From Chlorokybus atmophyticus (lineage: Eukaryota; Plantae; Mesostigma and Chlorokybus algae), in contig RHPI01002615.1 of the NCBI GenBank assembly GCA_009103225.1, positions 132,328 to 196,327 on the forward strand: a DNA stretch of 64,000 bases, in the 5' to 3' direction. Numbering within the stretch: position 1 is the first letter of the stretch; the number at the start of each line of letters is the position of its first letter. A program made the translations under genes and the position numbers. The notes beneath the pieces were generated by a model. The model was not told the origin of the DNA, searched no databases, and saw only the letters and a program-made list of their open reading frames with translations. Below are positions 50,634 through 63,690 of the stretch, in pieces.

Positions 50634-53600
50634 ATGATGGAGGCGGAGCACAGCAACGGCGCAGTGTCTGTTAGCCACAAGATGTCCTCATGGCAAGCTG
50701 CGAGACAACGTGCCTCACTTGACAATGGCCATGCGCTTGATGCCCCAGCTTCCATGCCTCCCTTCGAGCGTTCCACGAATGGTGAATCCACGCAATGGAG
50801 CGAGTCCAAAGGAGGAGGCGAGGGGACCGTCCAGACTTGGCCCAAGTCACTGAGGCTTCCACCTCGATTGGCTGTTGAGCCAGAGCCGTTTTTGCCCGTT
50901 AAACGCGAGCATGAGTGTTTTTGCTGCGGCACGAGCATAATCAACCCTCTTCAAGATAAGCGCACCGACGAGCTCTGTGGCGAATTCTCCATGCACGGTG
51001 TGGGCGCCAGAGGGCATGTGTGCGCGTGTGCGTATGCGTGCTTGTGCGCGCACTCTTGCATGCATGCGTGCCTGCCTGCTTGTGTGCCTCCCTGTCCCAA
51101 GTGCTGCAACTTTACTCACCCACAGTGGATTTGGTTGTTGGTTGCAGGTTTGCCGCGCGCAATGCGCATTGAGACCAGCAAGTTGAGGCGTTTTGTCTGG
51201 CTGATAGTATTCTTGGGTGGTCTCGTGGCATTCATCTCGTTGGTGGTGATCCAGATTCAGGTCTACACTGATTACAACACCAACATGAATGTCAACATCA
51301 TGGATGCATCCCAGCAGGGAGGCCTCGATTTTCCCGCGGTGCGTCCTTTGCTCACTCAGCACAGCACTGACTGTTGTGCAAATGCACTGATGACTTAAAT
51401 ACGACTCCGACCCTTGTTTTGAATGTCTGCGCAGGTCACCATATAGAATGTCAACACTGTCAGGTATGCACTTGTACCAGTAAGCAGCTACCGCCAGTTC
51501 TCATCGTATGAGAACGGCTTTGTGCACATGTCTCAGTAGTATAGTTCTTCCGAGGGGTTGCAACTCTGTCCAATAGCTTCTTGCCATGCAGGAAGTCTGC
51601 TGTGGTCAACACGCCTTACTTTGACGAGGTCTGTGGAAACGCTGCTGGTCTTGAGGGAGACGAGCATGAGGGCTTTCAACGGTATCCTCTCAACTGGACA
51701 CAACCTGACATTTTGGCCACTGCACACCAGCTTGATAGGTTTGTTTGTTTTGTTGGGAGTGCACCCCCTTCACACATGCCTGTGCAGTACAACCACCCAG
51801 ACTCTTCCCCAGGCATGAGTTTTACTCCAGTGGGACATGCACCAATCTGTGGCCTTTGTTGAGCAGCATGCTGGTGGGCTGCCGCTTTAATAGAAGGAAT
51901 TGCACAGCGAGTGACTTTGTCACCAGCATTTCACCTTTCCCGTAAGTACCGGTGCTGACATTGCACAACACATTTAGCGTCTTTGCGTCACGATTGACAA
52001 GCAGCTTGGTTGGTGTTGTTTGCATCATTCCTGCTTGAATAGTCCGTAGCAAGAATATTTCAAACAAAGCATGGGCCTGCTTCTCATTGTGCTGAGGTAC
52101 AGAGACAACCGTTTTGGCGTCGCTTACACCTTCAACATCCTCAATGACTTAAGCACCTACACATCAGGCCCTGATGGCGGTTTATGGCTGGCCTTGAATG
52201 TTAACCAGGCAAGCATGGACTTGCCTGTTGTTGCTTTCTTAGCAAGTACTTGCTGTAGCTTGCATTGGCAAAGCTGGTCTTATGCAACTACTTGGTGTAA
52301 TAGGCGGAGTATTGCCCACGAACTTGGGGATCAGGGGTGTTCTTCGAGTTGCACAGCCACCGGGGGCTGCCACGTGATTTAGCAACTGAGCACATTTCGC
52401 CTGTCCGTCGGCAGGTGCTTGCATCTCAATGGCGTATGCTGCACTACCACAATCGAACAATGCTTGAGACTCATACACCTCTCATCAGATGCTAGCAAGC
52501 GGGAGGTGGTGGCAAGTGGGTATCACGCCAACATTTCAGTCCTTCCTGGGCCCTCCATACAGTAAGCACTGCTGATAATCTGTAACTAGCACGTGCAGTG
52601 AGATTCTGTTGTCTGTCGCAGGCCAACACGTGGCTGTTTGATTGCGTATCACATAAAGTTGATCATGTGCTTTAACTTAAGGTTGTGATCATCCTTTCAA
52701 GACGCACTGCCTGTTTTCGATAGTTCCGCGCTTTCGCACAGCACGTTTTGTCATATGTTGTCAAAGTGCTGCTGTTGAGCGCTCAGTAGGCCTGGCCTGT
52801 GCACTTGTACAGCAGCTTGCATGCATTGTTGCAAGTATGCTGGATGTCTCCTTACCACTGTTTGAGTCTTGTGCTAGTTTTGACTTGATCCTTTTTGCCG
52901 CAGATGACCCGTGCATCGATCCTTCCAAAGGACAGGTAGGGGCTAATCGATTTCTGTCATAAACTGTGTTAGCAGTCAGCTGGTGGTATCGCTTGTGACC
53001 GGTGAAACAGCAACATGTACTGTCACGGACAAGTGACCTACATGAGCTTATGTCCGCTACACCTTTGAGTTGATATGACATGCTCGCGGATCCATTGTCC
53101 TTGTCTGCTGCTAATCGACATTGCGTGGTGCACAGCAAATCCCTCGCAAGAACGTGTCCTTAGAGTGCGCGCTGGGGTGCGCAGGAGTAGAGACATATCC
53201 GGTGTCAACGTTGGCCAAGCTTAGTCGCACTGACTTCCTCGACCTGAGCAGTGACAAAGATTGCATCCTCAAGTGCTTCAACCTCACACAGTATCGGTAA
53301 GTCAATACACAACTGCGTGCTGCACACACCTACCAGGTGACAAGCGTAACCACCGATGCCTGCAGCGTCTTGTCATATGGTACAAACCGTATAACAAATC
53401 AACCGCTTCAGCCGTAGGCATATAGCAGCATAGCCACCTCGCAGTTGTCAACTGCCATGGTTGATATAGATATGCTGATAGCTGAAGTCTCTCTCAGGCT
53501 ATGTGCGCCAGTGGTCTTTGAGACCTACCTTGGATCAGTGGCCATCCCAACTGTCAACGCAGTGCCATCATTCATGCATCGCTTCCCCTCGTTGGCGATG

Positions 53601-54171
53601 GGTTACAACCCGGACAACATCACAGGTGACACCGCTGCTCTCCGGACAGTGAAGGGCAATCTGGAAGACAACCTGGTCATGCTGTCCTTCTACTACAAGG
53701 ATATCACCACCGTCACACAACAAGTCCAGGGCGCAGCGTACACAATAGGCGCACTGATCTCAAATGCAAGTGCATGTGTGTGTGCATGCAGCAGTCCACT
53801 GCCATGCGTGTGCGTGCGGCCATCTGCCTCAACACTTGTCAACATTTGTTATGTGTGTCAAGGTTGGAGGTTTGGCGGGTCTCTTTCTCGGTATGTCCGT
53901 CCTAAGCCTGTTTGAGGCTGCGGAGATACTGGCAGTGCTGTGTATGTTCTTCTGGCACGACTACAAGGTCAGGCGCTACGGGCCATTCATGTACCAAGAG
54001 CACCTCACGCCACGGGCTAGCTTAGAGTTGCGCAACCTCCACCCAAACAAGTCCTACCGAGCGCCTTATGACAAGTACCTACGCAACCAGCAGCCCTCAT
54101 CGCATGCGGCACCCAAACACACCAGCCGGACCAGCGTCTCCATTGAGCCAATCGCAGAGCACAATGTGTAG
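50634..54171 (+). CDS. DEG/ENaC (ASIC-like) channel paralogue 2, 12 exons, about 621 codons, with an in-frame TAG at 51444 (probable pseudogene)
   Basis: Exons 50634-50997, 51148-51338, 51435-51463, 51592-51738, 51867-51941, 52103-52208, 52304-52414, 52489-52561, 52904-52935, 53136-53296, 53498-53765 and 53863-54171 sum to 1866 nt. Motifs are HG, TM1, FPAVT, CRF..NC..SDF, GVAYTFN, GLWLAL, PPY, and YTIGALISNVGGLAGLFLGMSVLSLFE (TM2). Confidence 0.9.
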
Positions 54172-55353
54172 TTGCGGTTGTGACTTGGGTTGTCACAGCA
54201 ACAACGCCAGCAATAGCGCCAATGCCCGTGCCAAAAACAACTGCATTAGAAACCACAACAACAGTACGATTAGCAGCAGCAATGCGGGTGCCCTCCAGAA
54301 CTGGGAGCGAGTTGATTGTTCTCAATGGTGTTGCACAGATTCTGGGAAATGGAGTGTATACGCTGCACTTAGTACTTCAAGTGATCATATGTCCCTGGAG
54401 ACATGTTGCCCATGAGTTAATGCAAATGCACCTATGCTTGGGTTGAAGGCAGCAATGTTTGTCATCTTCCAGGTGAAAAGTTTAATGGCTTCAAGCTGGT
54501 TGATACTCTCTGCAACTTGCGATCAAGTATTGCAACGTGCTTGCTACTGTAGCACTGCTCAATTGCCTTCTTCAGCAGGCGCTAGGTCTGCATCGCCTGG
54601 GGCACGAAGGCACCGTGACAGCCTGTGCTGCAGGCAGATAGCCTGGCTGCCCGTGCTTGACAATTAGGTTTGAGACCCAGATAAACTGCATGAGAATGAC
54701 AATAACGTCTTACATGAAGGTGCATCTGAACCTCTGAAAACTATGATCAAACCATGTCAGTGTGTGAACACTGATCCTTGCCGTCAACATCTGCCAACAC
54801 ACCTACTCTAGAGTCATGACATAAAGTGTGACAGCGCGAGTTTTGCACACACCTGCGTTGCACGCTCCACTCGCATTATGGTAACATAATGTCAGAATCA
54901 TGCAGGAGGAGCACTGGACGCAATGTAGTGCTGTCATCGCGGGGGCCACCGCGGAAGCCATGCTGAAGTGGACATAATATAACCTCATCACGAGAGATCA
55001 GTGCTACGGTACTACGGAAGCATAGTACAACCAGTTGAAAAAGGTTTGGGGACCTGGGACACGTTCCATAGCTGACCTATGCAGCTAGCCATGTGGTGGC
55101 ACGTGAGCGGCCTGAGGGTTACCATCCCACTGTAGACTTCGATTGGTTGGCAACTGTGGCAAGTGCCACTAGCATATTGTACACATGCACAAAGCTGAAC
55201 AATGCGCAACAACGCTAGCTCACACAAACCCTAAGATGACGCCCACCTCCCCCCGCACGCCAAGCCTGTATGTACAACATGTGTGGCGGCTCTCACCACC
55301 ACGCATTACCACTGTGTGCCCGCTGTCGTGCACAAGCGCTTAGATCCATTGTA

Positions 55354-58300
55354 TCACACCGACAGTGCTCCATCTTCGTGAATGGACTGCGAGACGCTAG
55401 CCTTGCTTGCTTGCGAAGGAGCACTTGACCCGTCGCCATCAGCATGCAAGGGACGGCGTTGGTTACGTGTATGGAGGTACTTGTCGTAGGAGGCCCTGCG
55501 CGACGGGAAGGGCTGCAGGTTTCTCATCTCCGAGCTTGCCCGTGGCGTGAGGTGCGCCTGGTATCGGAGCGGCCCGCGACGGTTCAGCTGGTAGTCGTGC
55601 GAGTATATGAGACACAACAGGGCTAGTATCTCCGCCGCCTCCACAAGGGTCAGAACGGACATGCCCAGAAAGAGCCCTGTCAAACCACCAACCTGAAAGC
55701 ACAGGGTCGGTGAGTTGAGAAGCCACAAACACAGCTGTTGCATGCACACCCCACCAACGTACAGACCTATGTCCGAAAATGCACATACCCATGCGCGCAC
55801 GCACAGACACAGACACGCCCGCGCGCACGCGCGCACACACACATGTGGTGCATGACAGTCAGCCACTGACATTTGAGATCAGAGCGCCGATCGTGTACGC
55901 TTTGGTCTGGATCTGCTGGGTCACGGAGCTGATGTCTTTGTAGTAGAAGGATATCAGCACGAGGTTGTTGTGGAAATTGTTGATGACGCTCTGGAGGGCG
56001 ACGGGGTCGTCGGTGATGTTATCCGGGTTGTACCCGAGTGCCAGCGAGGGCCATCGGCGCATGAAAGCCGGCACCGCATTGATTGTTGGGATCTCTATTG
56101 ATCCAGTCTCCGTCTCAAACATTGTTGACGCACACAACCTGAGACACACCACACACAGCACTCGTGGTTGTGATTGTACAGTAGTTTGGGAGAGGCATCT
56201 CAATGCAGCAGCACAGAACTCTGCGCGCGCATGCGTGTCTGCATTTCAAGCAAATGCACTTACTGGTATAGTGTTAAGTTGAAGCAGTCAAGGATGCATT
56301 TACTATCGCTGCTGATAGACAGGAAGTCCTCGCGATTGAACTTGGCCAGCGCGTTGATTGGGTATGCGTCGACCCCGGGGCAACCCAAAGAGCACTCCAG
56401 CGACACGTTCTTGCGAGGAATGAGCTGCACACAACATGCCACGCCGCAAGTGAGTGCTGGCCAGCATAAGACTGTAGTAGCCATTGTTGACATTGCAGCC
56501 CAGCGCAGAGCACTTCTCAACCGTTGAGCGAGATTGGCATGTCGTCACAACATCATGCGCTGCATCATCCAAGCAGTGTGTACCTGTCCTTTGGAGAGGT
56601 CCACACAAGGCTCATCTGCAAGCAATGCGCGTATCAACAATAGTGGTTGAACTTGCTGAAACACAAAGGGCACTCACTATACGGAGGGCCAAGAAAGGAC
56701 TGATAGGTTGGGGTGATGCCCACTTGCCACCATCTCCCGTTTGCTAACATCTGTTGAAGCAACACGGTCAGCAGGCAATGAACAGCAGAAACAAGTGTGA
56801 CAAGTGTTGATAAAGCTTATGTACGCCACTTTTGGGTGTGCTATATGCTCGTACGCTATCAAGCATGCGTACGACATTGTATGGTGTGCTATGCCCTTCT
56901 CTTTGCATTTAAACCTGGCGGCTAGGAGGTGAAATGTGCTCGATGGCAAAGTCAACTGGCAGTCCTTGATGATCATGCAACTCAAAGAACATCCCTGAGC
57001 CCCAGGTTCGAGGGCAGTACTCTGCCTAGAAAACACGTGATGTTGTAAGTTGCAAGCCTGTCAACTCTTTGTGTGGGTAACACCTGATAACGAGCTTGCC
57101 TGATCGATGAACAAAGCCAACCACAAGCCTCCATCAGGGCCTGATATGTAGGTTGTCATGTTGCTGAAGATGTTGAATGTGTAAGCGACGCCAAAGCGGT
57201 TGTCTCTGCACAACAGACCAAAATAAGCAATGCTCCTGATGCGCAAGTATTGACGCATCGGCAATGTGTACAAGTTACAATACATAATCAGCAAAGAGGC
57301 TAGTCAGTTCCTGTTACAGAAGAAGGTGTGCTTACGGAAATGGCGATATACTGGTGTAGAAATCGCTTGCGGTGCAGTTTGTCCCATAAAAGCGGCAGCC
57401 CACCAGCATGCTGCGTAAACAATGGTGCTGCTATTGTGTGTAATGTCACACAGACCAAGCTATGAGAGTCACAAGATCGCTGGGCATTCACATCTTGCTG
57501 CGCTGTTGGGTGATTGTATAGGGTGGTGTGTCATGTGTGCGGGTTCTATGCTTATCAAATGCATGCACCAAGAAACCTGTCAAGCTGGTGTGCAGACGCC
57601 AGTACGTCCTCATCTGTCCAGTTGAGCGGGTAGCGTTGGAAGCCCTCGTTCATGTCTCCACTAAGACCAGCAGTTGTGCTGCAGACCTCATCATAGTCAG
57701 GCGTATCAACGACAGCAGACCTCCTGCATTGCAGACACTTGTAAGTTCTTCATTCTTAACGTAGCTTTCAGCCTATAACTACGCAGAACAAGCGCTTGAG
57801 AGTACACACGCATACACACCTGACGGTATTGACATTCCATATGGTGATCTGCTCAGCCATCAGCAGTACAGAGTCAGTACTGATGCAGCTGACCATAATG
57901 ATAGAATTCAGATGCGATGATGCGGCATACCGAAGGGAAGCGCAGGCCAACGCCATTTCTTGACATGTCGACGATGTTGATATTTATGTTGGTGTTGAAG
58001 TCGGCGTAAATCTGGATCTGGATGATACTCAAGGCTATAAAGGCGGCCACACCTCCGAGGAACACCAGCAGCCAGAGGAACCGCCTCGTCTTGCTTGTGT
58101 CAATGCGCATCGCACGTGGCAAACCTGTGATGAACAAATTAGTGCTGAACACAATCCAAAGCAAGACACGCACACATACTAGCATATGCAGACACGTGAT
58201 TGCGCACATGTGCTAAAGCGCGCGCATGCGCACACATCAGAGACCACAGACGCAGGTGCGCTTCAATCCATTCATGTGTCATGTCAAGTCGCCGACTCTC

Positions 58301-58613
58301 AGCACATACCATGCATGGAGAACTCGCTGCAGAGTTCGTCGGTACGCTCATCTTGGAGTGGGTTGATGCTTTTCGAGCCGCAGCACATGCACTCGTGTTG
58401 ATGTCGCTCCGGCGGGTTCGGCTCAGGCTCGATGCCCGGCCGCACATCCGGCATGCTCCAGTCAGCGGAGTCGCGCTCCCCACGCTCAAAGGGAGCCATC
58501 GCAGCCGGCGCTTCATGCTCGAAACCGGTGCGGCGAGGGGAAGTCCGCCTCACCGTTGAAGATGGAGACAAGACATGAGCAACGGACACGTCCCGACTGT
58601 ACTCGGGCTCCAT
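55354..58613 (-). CDS. DEG/ENaC (ASIC-like) channel paralogue 3, apparently intact, inverted relative to paralogue 2
   Basis: Same 12-exon layout on the minus strand, giving EFSMHG, FPSITIWNVN, FGVAYTFN, FLGPPY and YTIGALISNVGGLTGLFLGMSVLTLVE. I found no stop in the reconstructed exons. Confidence 0.9.
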
Positions 58614-60387
58614 GCCTTCAACAATGCACTGCTGAAAAAGGAGTGAAAGCCAGTAACATAAAATCAGTTGAGCCAGGCTGGCTGGTATGGTTATCAGTGC
58701 AAGCCAGTAACACATGCTCGCCTAGTGCAGAATGAGTTTGACACCATTCTAAAGACAAGGTCGACTTAACATTTGTACACAACCTTGGGAGTAGGTGCAA
58801 CATAGAGATTGAGAGAGTGAAAGAGTGAAAGTGCATTCACCGTTGGGGGTATTTCACCGAAATACCCCCCTACGCACACTGAACACATGTTATTGCACAG
58901 AGGCAGCACGCATGACCGTGGGAGGTGTTGGTAAAACGTTGCGATTAGCAGTGCGTCTCTGCTCTCACACTGGAACAGCAGCATTTTCAAAGGTAAGTTG
59001 ACAATGAACTCGGTCTGCCACAGGGCTGCACATATGCTGGCATTGTCATTGATGTGACACGAGTATGCGTGCCAGCTGCTGAGCCGTGCTGAACAGCACG
59101 CCTGACAAGTGCAGGTGCAAATGTTAAACACAAGCCCACAGCTGAAGAGACCTGCCAGCTGACTGGATCCTTTCATCTGCTTGTCGATGCCAGTTGCGCA
59201 GCAGCAGCACATTCCTTTCAAGTGCAACACAGAAAATCACAGCTAGTAATCTTGCTGCATGCTTCCACAATACCAAGGCACGCATGAGCATTGTGCTGTC
59301 TCTACTGGATTCCAGCAAGCAGGGTAAAGACTAGGGACCGGGGCTTCAGAGGGGTGAAGTGTGCGTTATTTCTTGTTCAAACGCAGACAAGTTGTGACCA
59401 TGTCGACAAACAACACACACCCTGCCCGGCCAATTCAGCATTAAACTCCTCTTACCAATCGCTAGCCAAACTTGCGCAGCTGCTTGCAGCCTGGTTTCAG
59501 CCTAGTTTCAACATCAACTTCAGCAATGCTGGTTCAGGAGAAAGCTTTTGCAGCTTCTTTTGCCCAATTCTTCAACTTCGACCCGTGCGTGGCCAGCGGA
59601 CAACTACGCCGTCATCGACGCCGACATTGCCGTCAACGATGGCGACCTTATCCCCGCCGCCGAGGCGCAGAGGACAGTTCACCACTGCACTGCTGGCAGC
59701 GCCCTCCATGTGAAGCCCAGCAGTTGTTTGACAATTCTGTCATGCACACAGAGATGTGACAGAATGTGTGCTCTTTGTTGATGGCCTCTCCTTTCACGGC
59801 CCGTGCCAGCCTATGGCCATATCATATGGCCATAGGCCGGCCCACATGGCGTAGATGTGGCATCAATGCATGCATAGCTGGGCAACAGTGTGCAACTATA
59901 GTGCAACTATTGCAGATGTGTACGGCGTCAAGTGTGCCGTAAACAGGGTACTGTGTCACTTTGGTAAAGGGCCATAACATCTTTGGCCTTTTGTGGCTCC
60001 GTGCCAGCAGTGATGATTGAGCTGGCAGGATCAGAGCGCTACGTGGCATGCGTAGCGACGCGTTCAATGCTGCGACCTGCATCATGATGAGTTTTGCACA
60101 AATTGTATCAAATCCATCAAACTTTTCAATGGACTTTGGGCAGGATTGCTGGACACGAAAGTACACCCTAATTGTGTACCGTGTCAGCTATGGGCACACT
60201 GTGTGACTGTTTATTCATTATCAAGGCAATGTGGCATTGGCAATGCCATTATAATAATAACAATGTGTGTATATCAATATATAAGTGAGCGGACATTGTT
60301 GCATTACGTAAACAAAACATGGTGATTGTTGCAATGAGATCTTGTGATATGTATGGCAAATTTGATTAATCACAATGTATAGGCCAT

Positions 60388-63030
60388 GTATTTCGTGCGG
60401 GTAGTACACCTCACTGCATGTATTCTCCCTGCGAGATATACCCCGCAGTCAAGTCTTACCCGTCATCTCGCATGGAGAATATATACAGTGAGGTGGACAA
60501 GTGTGAAGAGTGAGTAGTGCTGCAGTCACTGCAGTCACAAGCTGTACTGTATAGCTTGTGAGGTGGTAAGTAGAGGATCTGACAACTGCGGTACTTGATG
60601 TGATACTTGTAGTGAAGGTGGTAGGTGCAGGGGACAGAAGTAAGGGAAAAACAAACCGTGTGGTTTAATAAGCTTGGTATGAGGTCGTAGTTACTCAACA
60701 AGCTCCCCCCGACCTAGTCATCGGCGTTTTCGTGATGAGCTTGGCACTTGTGACAGCGCCATGGCTGGCTGGCATAAGAGGATGGCACATTGGGGTCGAT
60801 GGCAGCAAGTGTGACACTGAGACTGCAAGCCTCATGCCAATATTCTCAGCAAGTGTCGCACTCCATGAAAGGACGACGGTTCAAAGCGCAGCCGATGCAT
60901 TGCATGTTTCAAGCTCATGAGCGAGGTTTGCAGGTCTTCAACATAAAAAAGATGACAGGGGAAGCAGTTTGGCACATGGTCCACTTCAATGTTACCGGAG
61001 GGTTTTGCAAGGACAGAGTGCCTTGTGCGCGCACTTGTACAACCTTGTATGCAGTGTCGTAGTTGGCAGGATCAAGGGTGTTGGTGGTCTATTGCTTGCG
61101 GCAGATGTAGTCTCTAATATAAAACTTGCGTGTCTGTGTAATGTAGCCCCCGCTGCGTACGTTTGCAATTGCGTCGCTTGTCCTGTTGCTGCTCAATCTT
61201 AGGGTTGGCAAAAGCCATGGGCATAAATGCCTTAGGTATTGTGCCTCAGGCTGTCAATAACTCCATCATGTGAGTCGGCTTGTTTATAAGGTCTTCCACT
61301 GCTTGCGTGGCGTGGCGGACGCAAAAAGTAGCAAACGTTCCTTTTAATTTGAGGAAATACAGGAAGACTGAAGGAGCGCAAGGCTGCTGGCTTTATGCAT
61401 TGGTACCTAAGCGCGAGCCAAGGCAAAAATTCATCCCAATCCTCCCGCCGGTGGGTTACGCAATATCGCCGAAGTGCTTTCTTGACTATCTGCACCAATC
61501 TTTCTGCAAGGCCATCAGCCTGCGAGTGATCACGGCTGGTGCGGTGGTGATCAATGAGCGAACGGTTGAGCAAAGTGTTTAACTCCCCTTGGAACTCAGT
61601 GCCGTTGTCTGTACGTAGCTCAAGCGCCGAATGTGCTGAGAATTTGCTCAAGGTAGACCCGAAGCACTTTAGATGCAGCCTTGTCTAGCAGAGGTATCAA
61701 CTCGACCCACTTGCTGAAGTGCTTGATGGCAACAAGTATGTATACATTGCTACGACGCGTGATAGGCAGCTCGCCTACGAAGTCCATACTGCAGCGGTAA
61801 CTAAGCCCCATGATGGGCAAGGGATGAAGCTGAGTGGCGATATGAAAAGCAAGCTCGGATGCGATCACAGGATTCGCACTGCCTCAGAACCTCCGCGACG
61901 TTGCGCGCAAGCCCGTCCCATCAATAGTCACTATGTACCAGCTTGGCAATGCGCTTTATGACGAAATGTCCAAGCTGATGATGCAGGGTGGCGATGATGG
62001 ACGCCCGGCGATTGGGTGGGGGCACCTCCTCGCGCTGGCCATCGTTATGATGCGTCAGAATGCGTCGTTGTTCCGAATGTAGTTCTTTGCTCGGTGCAGA
62101 GCATGGTCAGTCTCTTCGTGGTCCAGCCTAGCAGACAAAGCTTGCTGACTTAATCAATTGCAAGGTGGGTACGTCTGTTTCAATGTCTCCTTCACATGCA
62201 GGGGGTATGGTGGCCCTGAGCAGTGGATTACGGGCCTTGGCGCGTATACCGACTGCAACGATTAACGTGGCGTGCTTACGAAGAGTGTCATCGTCATATC
62301 GTGCATCAGTGGCATCCACCATGTCGGGGTTGTGGTTGCGACTCGGGCCATCAGCATCAGTGTTGCCGATGCCTAGCTTGTAAGTAATGGTGAAGTCGTA
62401 TTCCTGTAGCAGTAAAGCTCAGCGAGCATGCTTGCCTGGGAGTTTGTTGCTGGTGAGAAGCTATTGCAGAGTCTGGTGGTCGGCGATCAGCTCGCATTGG
62501 TAGCAAAAGAGAAATGGCCGAAAGAACTAAATTAAGGCCTAAACAGCTGCGAGCTGCTCCCCTTCATAGCTGATGTGTTGGCTTCCGTAACGTTATTGCT
62601 TCAAATGGCGTAAGCAATGGCTTGTTCTTTGCCCTTGTTGTACATTTTGGCAAAGCACCGCACCCAACTCAAGCCGGCTCCAATCCATATGAAGGATAAA
62701 AGCTTGCTGTAGTCAAGGCGCGCTAGGATGGGGGCCAATTGCAGGTGGCTCTTTAGTGCCTTGAAGGCCTGCTGCTCGGCTTCTCCCCAATGCCAAGCGA
62801 TGACTTCCTTTAGCAAGTCATTAAGGGGTTTATCCAGCCTGGAAGAAGTGAAGGACGAACCGACGGTAGTAGTTGGCCAGACCAAAGAAGGCATGCAGCC
62901 GCGAGATCTCCGTGGGTGGTGGCACCTTCAGCAACGCATCCACTTTTACCTGCTGCACCATTACTTTGTTAGGGACAATGCGGTGGCCGAGGATTTGAAT
63001 CTTGTCAACAAAAAACACCGATAATTTTAA
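60388..63030 (-). mobile_element. 5'-truncated, heavily decayed Ty3/gypsy pol with putative PPT and 3' LTR
   Basis: Minus-strand remnants ILGHRI, FFGLANYYRRF, AIAYA, QEYDFTITYK, SMDFVGELP, LRTDNGTEF and ADGLAERLVQ. GGGGGGAGCT precedes TGTTGAG at 60700. The distal LTR end (about 60388) is uncertain. Confidence 0.85.
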
Positions 63031-63506
63031 CACCCCTAATGTTTTTGCTAACGCCCTATATAATCACTCCATTTACTGTTTGACGCGTTTATCGCGTGAA
63101 TTTCCATGCGTTACGCACATTTGGTACGATCCCGGCCAAACGCAGAATGCGAAATTTATCCATAAATGGAATGAAATTTTCTGCCGTTGCATGGAAGATA
63201 TGATATAAACCATACTCCCATAAACAGCACCATACATGGTACGCCTGCAGTAACCATATAAGGTTTGGTTACAGGCCATGCATGCACCGTATGTGGTGGC
63301 ATATATAATACAAGCCATAATCCTGACATGTTACACCGTATACGTTGTGTGTTCATGCCATAGCAAGGCTGGTGCAAAAAATGAACCATGCGTGGTTCGC
63401 TTTTAATCCACCGCCATACGAGGCATATACATCTTTATGACCATGCACGGCGTCACATGTTCACCACCATATGCGGTGTATGGGGCGCAGCCATGTATGC
63501 GTGCGT

Positions 63507-63690
63507 GTTAGCCATACCTCTTGTATATGCTGCCATGCATGTCTTCAATATTTGACCCGATGTGGCCAGAACCATGTATGGCCATAGGTGGTGTGCTTGT
63601 TAGCCATACCTCTCGTGGATTGCTGCCATGCATAGTCTTGATATTTGACCATGTGGCCATAATCATGTACCACCATAGCTGGTGTGCCCA
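63507..63690. repeat. About 91-bp diverged tandem repeat inside a CCAT(A/G)-rich block (63050-63720)
   Basis: GTTAGCCATACCTCT...GCTGCCATGCAT...ATATTTGACC...ATGTGGCCA occurs at 63507 and 63598. Confidence 0.7.

Noticed and set aside
51444-51446. TAG as evidence for a ciliate/ulvophyte-type alternative genetic code
   Set aside because: The site aligns to Trp rather than Gln, and TAA/TAG terminate other genes at plausible positions.
59100-60200. Degraded minus-strand coding-like segments
   Set aside because: Many stops and no identifiable domain.
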